15,796 bases of DNA from Snowella sp. (GTDB lineage Bacteria > Cyanobacteriota > Cyanobacteriia > Cyanobacteriales > Microcystaceae): NCBI GenBank assembly GCA_003249095.1, contig QBMS01000102.1, forward strand, positions 1-15,796, written 5' to 3'. The notes under the pieces are model-generated. The model was not told where the DNA came from, made no database searches, and saw nothing but the letters and a program-made list of their open reading frames with translations. Below, piece by piece: positions 6,943-12,611 of this stretch. Both the position numbers and the translations under genes were made by a program. Within the stretch, counting starts at the first letter, position 1. Every line of letters begins with the position of its first letter.

Positions 6943-8961
6943 GTGGGACGTGATGATGTTTTAGCGCAATTAGATCAGCAATTACAGCAAAATGATCGCG
7001 TTGCCATTTCCACTTTGACGGGGATGGGTGGCATTGGGAAGTCGGAGTTGGCGTTGCAGTATGCTTGGCAGGAATGGAATAAAAAAACTTATTTGGGGGG
7101 AATTGCCTGGTTAACGGTGGCGGATGGTGATCCTGGGTTAAGTCTTTTAAGTTTTGCTCAGTTGCATTTAGGGTTAACGTTACCGACGGAAGGAGAATTA
7201 AGCGATCGCGTTCGTTTTGTTTGGCAACATTGGTTTAAAAATGAACAGGATCAAGGGTTAATTATTTTTGATGATGTGCGAAATTATCAACAGATTAAAG
7301 CCTATTTACCGCCTCAAGCAGAAAAACGCTTTAAGGTCATTATTACAACCCGCAATAAAAATTTATCAGCAACGATTCAGACGTTACATTTAGAGCTTTT
7401 AGATCAGGATTCAGCCTTAGATTTATTGCGTTCCTATGTGACGGATGGACGTATTGATCAACAGTTAGAACAAGCAAAATTACTCTGTCGAGATCTGGGT
7501 TATTTGCCCTTAGCCTTGGAATTGGTAGCGCGATTATTAAGGCGACGGAAAAATTGGACAATTCAATCTATTCGAGAACGGTTAGCAGAAAAGGGATTAG
7601 CGGATCAAAGTTTACAAAAAAATCCGAAGTTTGATGCAGAAATGACGGCTAAAAATGGGGTTAAAGCGGCTTTTGATTTGAGTTGGGAAGCATTAGATAG
7701 CAATGCTCAACAGTTGGCCATGTATTTGAGCTTGTTTGCCCTCGCTCCTTTTTCTAAATTTTTAATTGATGCGTTACTTACTGAGCAAGATCCTGATGAC
7801 TTGGAGGAGTGGTTGACAGATAGTTTGGTTAATCTCAATTTAGTTAGCGATCTGGGAGATAATTGGTATGAATTGCATACGTTGATTCGGTATTATTTGC
7901 GGGAAAAGTTAGAGGAATCGCCGTTGAAAGAGGAAGCAAAACGCGCCTATGGTCGGGTGATGGTCAGTATTGCTCAAACGATTAAGCAAACTTTGACGTT
8001 GGAAGATATTGCTAATCTAGAGCCGTATATTGAGCATTTAAAAGTAGCGGCTGAGGAGTTTCATCAATGGTTAGAAGGAGAATATTTAACCTGGCCTTTT
8101 TACGGTTTAAGTGCATTTTATCGAGCGCAGGGACTTTATCAACAAGCGGTTCCTTATTATGAACGCTGTTTAACCCTGAGTGAGCAACGCTTCGGCAAAA
8201 ATCATCCTAAAGTGGCAACCAGTCTCAACAATCTGGCGGAACTTTATCGCGTTCAAGGGAAATACGCAGAAGCCGAACCTCTTATGGCGCGATCGCTGGC
8301 GATTAGGGAAAAGCAATTAGGAGAAAATCATCCTGATGTTGCCCAAAGTCTCAACAATCTGGCGGCTCTTTATGAGTCCCAAGGGAAATACGCAGAAGCC
8401 GAACCTCTCTATGGGCGATCGCTGGCGATTAGGGAAAAGCAATTAGGAGAAAATCATCCCCAAGTGGCAACCAGTCTCAACAATCTGGCGAGTCTTTATT
8501 ATGCCCAAGGGAAATACGCAGAAGCCGAACCTCTCTATGGGGGATCGCTGGCGATTAGGGAAAAGCAATTAGGAGAAAATCATCCTGACGTGGCAACCAG
8601 TCTCAACAATCTGGCGGAACTTTATCGCGTTCAAGGGAAATACGCAGAAGCCGAACCTCTCTATCGGCGATCGCTGGCGATTTGGGAAAAGCAATTAGGA
8701 GAAAATCATCCTCAAGTGGCAACCAGTCTCAACAATCTGGCGGCTCTTTATGACTCCCAAGGGAAATATGCAGAAGCCGAACCGCTTTATCAAAGAGCGA
8801 TTGCTATTTTCTTAGAAAAATTAGGCGAAAATCACCCCAACACTCAAACTGTAATGATGAATTATTTTCAAATGTTAGCCAAACTTCCCGACGACGAATT
8901 AAACCAACGCTTTGACCCCGAAACGGTGGAAATGTTGCATAACCTACGACAACAATTGTAG
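6943..8961 (+). CDS. STAND NTPase: NB-ARC (AP-ATPase) domain followed by a kinesin-light-chain-type TPR array.
   Basis: Walker A GMGGIGKS (7021..7044), Walker B LIIFDDV (7258..7278), IITTRN (7339..7356), GLPL-like GYLPLALEL (7498..7524) and an MHD-like ELHTLIRYYL. These are followed by at least 6 TPR units of 42 aa (GENHP.VA.SLNNLA.LY..QGKYAEAEPLY.RSLAIREKQL). The GTG at 6943 has no SD. The upstream in-frame peptide NLPNSGVAQFVGRDDVL is the usual pre-P-loop segment, so the true start is probably 6523. Confidence 0.9.
   Translation: MGRDDVLAQLDQQLQQNDRVAISTLTGMGGIGKSELALQYAWQEWNKKTYLGGIAWLTVADGDPGLSLLSFAQLHLGLTLPTEGELSDRVRFVWQHWFKNEQDQGLIIFDDVRNYQQIKAYLPPQAEKRFKVIITTRNKNLSATIQTLHLELLDQDSALDLLRSYVTDGRIDQQLEQAKLLCRDLGYLPLALELVARLLRRRKNWTIQSIRERLAEKGLADQSLQKNPKFDAEMTAKNGVKAAFDLSWEALDSNAQQLAMYLSLFALAPFSKFLIDALLTEQDPDDLEEWLTDSLVNLNLVSDLGDNWYELHTLIRYYLREKLEESPLKEEAKRAYGRVMVSIAQTIKQTLTLEDIANLEPYIEHLKVAAEEFHQWLEGEYLTWPFYGLSAFYRAQGLYQQAVPYYERCLTLSEQRFGKNHPKVATSLNNLAELYRVQGKYAEAEPLMARSLAIREKQLGENHPDVAQSLNNLAALYESQGKYAEAEPLYGRSLAIREKQLGENHPQVATSLNNLASLYYAQGKYAEAEPLYGGSLAIREKQLGENHPDVATSLNNLAELYRVQGKYAEAEPLYRRSLAIWEKQLGENHPQVATSLNNLAALYDSQGKYAEAEPLYQRAIAIFLEKLGENHPNTQTVMMNYFQMLAKLPDDELNQRFDPETVEMLHNLRQQL
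8200..8829 (+). repeat. Five tandem, near-identical 126-bp units (42-aa TPR units) inside the STAND gene.
   Basis: Units start at 8200, 8326, 8452, 8578 and 8704, each with AATCATCC. They share long identical blocks (GGGAAATACGCAGAAGCCGAACCTCT, GCTGGCGATTAGGGAAAAGCAATTAGGAGAA). A degenerate sixth unit follows from 8830 and a diverged unit precedes 8200. Confidence 0.9.
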
Positions 8962-9061
8962 GGGCTTGGTCTCCAAGTCCAATCATTTAAAGGTTGAGAA
9001 ACCCATAATTCAAGAATTTGTTAACCATTAAAGTTAAAGGATTTGGAAACCAAACCCCTAC
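8958..9061. mobile_element. MITE-like 104-bp element with 23-bp imperfect terminal inverted repeats.
   Basis: The left end is GTAGGGGCTTGGTCTCCAAGTCC (8958..8980). The reverse complement of the right end (9039..9061) is GTAGGGGTTTGGTTTCCAAATCC, matching at 20/23. Each end contains its own hairpin (CTTGG-TCT-CCAAG and TTTGG-AAA-CCAAA). Two of the three differences are compensatory. Confidence 0.5.
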
Positions 9062-9151
9062 TATTACGTCGATTTACATTATTTTAAAATTAATCAAGGC
9101 CACTTCTTTAGTGTAAATTATTGGTTTGGCTTCTCCCAACTTCACTATTTT

Positions 9152-9868
9152 ATGACCCAAAATCAGCCCAGTAAACTTATTAGCAAAATTCTTTCCCCCG
9201 CCCTACGGCTTTGGTTGCGATCGCAGGTCGAACACGCCGACCAATTAGACATCCAGATCGAAGGACAAGACCGCCAACTGTTGCGGGGTCATGTTCCCCA
9301 GGTTTATTTGACCAGTCAACGGGCGATTTACCAAGGACTCCAATTAGGCAAAGTTTTACTCAAGGGTGAAAATATCCGCGTCAATATTGGTCAGGTGATC
9401 AAAGGAAAACCCCTTGAACTGCTTGAACCGATTCAAGTCAGTGGAGAAATTCAGTTAGCCGAGACAGATTTACAAGCTTCCCTCACTTCCCAGATTTTAG
9501 CCAATGCCTTCACCGAATTACTGCTTGCCCTGCTGGAACTCAAAGGTGTTGCTAATGCCACCGACTTTTTAGCTCCTTACCAAATTCATTGGCACGCGAT
9601 CGCCTTGTATCCTAACGCTTTTGGCTTAAAAGGAACCCTTTCCCAGCAGAATGAAGAAAAACTTCTGCTAGAAATTCGGTCAAAATTAACCCTCCTCAAT
9701 CCCCAAACGCTCCATCTCCAGGACATTGAAATAACGGGATTTCCTGGACTAGGAGAAAACGAGACCAATAACTTTCCCGTCGATTTAGGCACTGACGTAG
9801 AAATTGAGACTCTCCAACTCAGTCAAGGAGAACTATCCTGCCTGGGACGGTTACTGATTCGCCCCTAA
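9152..9868 (+). CDS. DUF2993 (LmeA-like) family protein.
   Basis: 238-aa ORF. LRLWLRSQVEHADQLDIQIEGQDRQLLRGHVPQVYL...YQGLQLGKVLLKGENIRVNIGQVIKGKPL.LLEPI matches the conserved cyanobacterial DUF2993 pattern as I recall it. Confidence 0.6.
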   Translation: MTQNQPSKLISKILSPALRLWLRSQVEHADQLDIQIEGQDRQLLRGHVPQVYLTSQRAIYQGLQLGKVLLKGENIRVNIGQVIKGKPLELLEPIQVSGEIQLAETDLQASLTSQILANAFTELLLALLELKGVANATDFLAPYQIHWHAIALYPNAFGLKGTLSQQNEEKLLLEIRSKLTLLNPQTLHLQDIEITGFPGLGENETNNFPVDLGTDVEIETLQLSQGELSCLGRLLIRP

Positions 9869-9869
9869 T

Positions 9870-10598
9870 TTAAGAATCCGCAGGCACTTCGGGAGTGGTT
9901 TCGCTGGGAGCATCAACGCTAATGGCCGCTTGAGCCTTCTTTTCCCGTTTTTTCCGTTCCGCTTCCATTGCCTCATCCAAGACCTTGAGCAATTGATCTG
10001 CCTTATCCAGATTATTACGGTACAACTCCAGATCTTTTTGCAATTTCTCGCTCGACAAATTTAACGCCCCCGATAACTGGGCAAGGACTTGATTTCGTTT
10101 TTCCTCTTCCTTGAGTGCGTCAGGATCAACGGTATTGAGAATGGTATAGAGTCCGATCGCAAACAGACGACTATATTTAAAATTAGAATTCTGGTGGATA
10201 TTGACCAGCGTTTGCAGAAAATAGTTATCTCCTGCTGATTCTGGGGTTAAATTAGTCACTTTATCCATCAGATCAGACACCGAGATCGCCTGGGAAGAAG
10301 CCAGTACATCCTGAGCATTTTGGCGATATTGATGGGGATCAGCAGCAACGGAGCGACAAACTGCGTTAAAAATCGAGCCTTTATCTTCTTCAGGGCGATA
10401 TCCCTGCATAAACCGATCAAAGGAGGTAACAACCCCCAATGCAAAAATCGGATCATAGCGAAAATCCACGTTAACCGTGAATAAATGCATTTCAACCATT
10501 AATTCTTCCACAAATCGCCGATAAATCGAATTTATGGGACGATGATGATGGACATGAAACTCACGCTTGGTCTCGGAAACGGTACGAATTTTAGCCAC
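9870..10598 (-). CDS. thf1: Thylakoid formation protein Thf1 / Psb29.
   Basis: RTVSETKREF..HRPINSIYRRFVEELMVEMHL..VNVDFRYDPIFALGVVTSFDRFMQGYRPEEDK, with a coiled, charged C-terminus. I prefer the in-frame GTG at 10598 (MAKIRTVSETKR, 242 aa, the usual Thf1 length) over the GTG at 10652 in the ORF track. Confidence 0.85.
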   Translation of the reverse strand: MAKIRTVSETKREFHVHHHRPINSIYRRFVEELMVEMHLFTVNVDFRYDPIFALGVVTSFDRFMQGYRPEEDKGSIFNAVCRSVAADPHQYRQNAQDVLASSQAISVSDLMDKVTNLTPESAGDNYFLQTLVNIHQNSNFKYSRLFAIGLYTILNTVDPDALKEEEKRNQVLAQLSGALNLSSEKLQKDLELYRNNLDKADQLLKVLDEAMEAERKKREKKAQAAISVDAPSETTPEVPADS

Positions 10599-10736
10599 AA
10601 ATCTAACTTTACAAATAGCAATATAATTCTCATTCTCCCTTGTAAAGTCCACTTTGCCAAGCCTAAAAACCGAAAGGCAATTCAGGGCAGAAACGGCGGG
10701 CAGTTGTTTTTTTGTGTTAAAGTGGTTGGATATAAG

Positions 10737-10808
10737 GGGTTACTAGCTCAACGGTAGAGCACTGGACTCTTAATCCATTGGTTCAGGGTTCGAGTCCCTG
10801 GTGACCCA
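10737..10808 (+). tRNA. tRNA-Lys, anticodon CUU (no encoded CCA).
   Basis: Manual cloverleaf fold. Acceptor stem GGGTTAC/GTGACCC with one U-G pair. D arm GCTC-AACGGTA-GAGC. Anticodon arm CTGGA-CTCTTAA-TCCAT (one mismatch), with anticodon CTT at 10769..10771. Variable loop TGGTT. T arm CAGGG-TTCGAGT-CCCTG. Discriminator A. The overall sequence is close to bacterial tRNA-Lys. Confidence 0.9.
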
Positions 10809-10865
10809 TCTTTTAACGCTATATCTAGTCCAGTAATGGGCTATCTTTAGAAATGCTTTTCTATT

Positions 10866-11297
10866 TTAACTGGGGAAATATTCTGAATCTAGAATTTGTT
10901 CTTCAGTGAATGGGCAGTCCGTCGGGAAGGCTTCTGGGGTTAGTTTGGTTTCGGTTACTGCGTCTCGTTTGGCTTTTTTGTAAATTTCTTCGAGCTTTGA
11001 GGTTAGGTAGGGTCTAAGACTTGGGCTGTCTGCTAGGACTAACTCTATCTGGTCTCTTTGTTCGTTGATAGTTTTTATCCAACTGTTAGTTTTCTTTTGG
11101 GGTTGGTATTGGCATTTGAGCAGGTGCGTGATTAACACCTTCAAACGGTTAAAAATTTCTCTTTTGTCGCTACGGGTCATGGCTTCAATCTCTTCGATGA
11201 GGTTGTCCAGGTCAAGGGTTTGGATGTCACCACTTTTCAGGGCAGTAATGGTCTGCTCTATCCATAGATTGAAGTCGGTGCTGTAAAGGTTTGTCAT
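10866..11297 (-). CDS. DUF29 family protein.
   Basis: LYSTDFNLWIEQT...LDLDNLIEEIEAMTRSDKREIFNRLKVLITHLLKCQYQP...SWIKTINEQR..IE.VL.DSPSLRPYL...CPFTEEQILD is the classic cyanobacterial DUF29 pattern. Confidence 0.85.
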   Translation of the reverse strand: MTNLYSTDFNLWIEQTITALKSGDIQTLDLDNLIEEIEAMTRSDKREIFNRLKVLITHLLKCQYQPQKKTNSWIKTINEQRDQIELVLADSPSLRPYLTSKLEEIYKKAKRDAVTETKLTPEAFPTDCPFTEEQILDSEYFPS

Positions 11298-11323
11298 TGG
11301 TTTCCTCTATTTATCCTATCGGG

Positions 11324-11605
11324 CTAGGAGCTTGGGAAAAAAGCAATCTTACCCAGTAAGCCTAACAGTCCCCCAACGAGGGCAAACAGGATTCCAATCA
11401 ACCAACCTGTTAAGCCGTTGACCCTATTTTCGATAATGTCCATCCGTTTATCTAGCCCTGTTACTTTCTGGTCAATTTGTCCGACTGTGACTTTGAGATC
11501 ATTCAAGTCACCGTCTATTTTGTCCAGGCGTTGCTCTAATCGATCAAAGCGTTGATCAAGTTTGGTTAATACGTCTCTTAAATCGGTTTCTATCGTTGTG
11601 GTCAT
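11324..11605 (-). CDS. Small tail-anchored coiled-coil membrane protein (93 aa) with XhlA-like architecture.
   Basis: The N-terminal ~65 aa carry repetitive LD/RL heptad/hendecad-like repeats (LTKLDQRFDRLEQRLDKIDGDLNDLKVTVGQIDQKVTGLDKRMDIIENRV). A single C-terminal TM follows (GWLIGILFALVGGLLGLLGKIAFF). SD AGAGG lies 7 nt upstream and overlaps the stop of the upstream gene. Confidence 0.6.
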   Translation of the reverse strand: MTTTIETDLRDVLTKLDQRFDRLEQRLDKIDGDLNDLKVTVGQIDQKVTGLDKRMDIIENRVNGLTGWLIGILFALVGGLLGLLGKIAFFPSS

Positions 11606-11615
11606 TGGCTTACCT

Positions 11616-11849
11616 CTATCTGGCGAGGACTGCGGGAATGATTATGGCTAGGTTTGCTGTGGCTAACAGTCCGAAAGCTATGTTGACTACCTGCTGTGAG
11701 GCTTTTTGGTAGGCATCTAGTTTGCTGTCGTAAACATCTATTTTGGAAATTAATTTTTCTAGGGTGTTTTCAATTTGGTTTAACCTATCGCCTTGGACGT
11801 TCAGGCTTGAGTCAATACGGTCAAGGCGTTGATTATCGCCGTCTGTCAT
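11616..11849 (-). CDS. Small tail-anchored coiled-coil membrane protein (77 aa); first gene of the operon.
   Basis: The N-terminal coiled-coil-like segment is [40 protein letters not shown] and the C-terminal TM is [23 protein letters not shown]. The SD/start cassette is the same as in the two downstream genes. Confidence 0.55.
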   Translation of the reverse strand: MTDGDNQRLDRIDSSLNVQGDRLNQIENTLEKLISKIDVYDSKLDAYQKASQQVVNIAFGLLATANLAIIIPAVLAR

Positions 11850-11922
11850 TGGTTTACCTCTGTTTCTTCGGGGTCGGGCAATGCCAATATTAAATCACAA
11901 TACCTTCGCTAATATATCCGAG

Positions 11923-11939
11923 AGAGTATTATCTACTCT
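11923..11939. promoter_or_regulatory. Perfect 6-5-6 palindrome AGAGTA-TTATC-TACTCT upstream of the minus-strand three-gene operon; possible operator.
   Basis: Seen directly in the sequence. It lies about 75-90 nt upstream of the ATG at 11849 on the transcribed side. No binding protein is known. Confidence 0.2.
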
Positions 11940-12232
11940 AACGGTAAACTCCCTTTTAAGCGAGGTTTGGCAAAAACAGTAATTCTTAAAAATCTTTTTA
12001 GGGTTTTCCGAAAAGAATTTTTCATGTATTCCTTGCAGTATAAGGGTTTGAGTTTTTGTGCTACTTTTCAAACTAAAGACTTATGTATAGGGACTTGTAC
12101 GAGTTTTGCCAAATTTTTGTGGGCTTTTATTTTGGCTAAGTTATTGAAAAACAAGAAAAAATTTTAACCAAAAAGCTAAAACCCTTGTATAGTAAATATC
12201 ATAGAGTTTTTGGAGACATAGACCCTTACTCG

Positions 12233-12264
12233 ATTGGTTCAAGGTTCAAATCCCTGGTAACCCA
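12233..12264 (+). repeat. Degenerate direct copy of the 3'-terminal 32 nt of tRNA-Lys (att-like remnant).
   Basis: ATTGGTTCAAGGTTCAAATCCCTGGTAACCCA versus 10777..10808 ATTGGTTCAGGGTTCGAGTCCCTGGTGACCCA. Identity is 28/32, and all four differences are G in the tRNA versus A in the copy. The sequence 5' of 12233 shows no tRNA similarity. Confidence 0.6.
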
Positions 12265-12611
12265 TTCCCCTTTTTTTACTGTAAATTCAATAATGTTAAG
12301 TACCGCTATTTACAGGTTGTCGTCGCAATTCAACACCTTATTGTCGTTTCTGGTATGGAATAATTATTAACAAATTAAGGGTCATTTGTTTTGTATTGCT
12401 GGATTAAGCACCTATTTTTCTTTTCAATCCTTTTTAGATTAGACTTCTTCCAAAATACTTTCCCTTGCTCCCGAAATCTCTCTTTTAAAGGGGTGAGGCT
12501 TGATTCAATCGTCGTCGTGTATAAAGTCTTCAATTACGCCCAAAGGATCGTTAGAATTACGGCAAGGGCATATTTACCAAGAAGTTTCATTATTAGTCTA
12601 GGAAAATCATC

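Noticed and set aside
8200-8829. The regular 126-bp periodicity as a CRISPR array.
   Set aside because: The repeats are contiguous with no unique spacers. They lie in frame inside an ORF and translate to canonical 42-aa TPR units.
7343-8986. Minus-strand ORFs at 7343..7561 (72 aa) and 8804..8986 (60 aa).
   Set aside because: Both are antisense shadows of the STAND gene and the MITE region.
9586-10757. ORFs at 9586..9792 (minus), 10268..10495 (minus, alternative frame of thf1) and 10542..10757 (plus).
   Set aside because: They overlap DUF2993, thf1 and the tRNA-Lys gene respectively, and none has motif support.
11065-11893. Plus-strand ORFs at 11065..11286 and 11696..11893.
   Set aside because: They are antisense to DUF29 and to the 77-aa gene. 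Both are Cys/Leu/Phe-rich shadow ORFs.
12193-12264. A second complete tRNA gene ending at 12264.
   Set aside because: Only the last 32 nt resemble tRNA-Lys. The preceding 40 nt give no acceptor, D or anticodon stems, and the T stem has an A-C mismatch.
12534-12590. 18-codon hydrophobic minus-strand ORF (MKLLGKYALAVILTILWA), divergent from the ATPase, considered as a type I toxin-like peptide.
   Set aside because: It has no SD, no recognisable antisense RNA partner and no conservation evidence. Short hydrophobic ORFs arise easily in AT-rich DNA.
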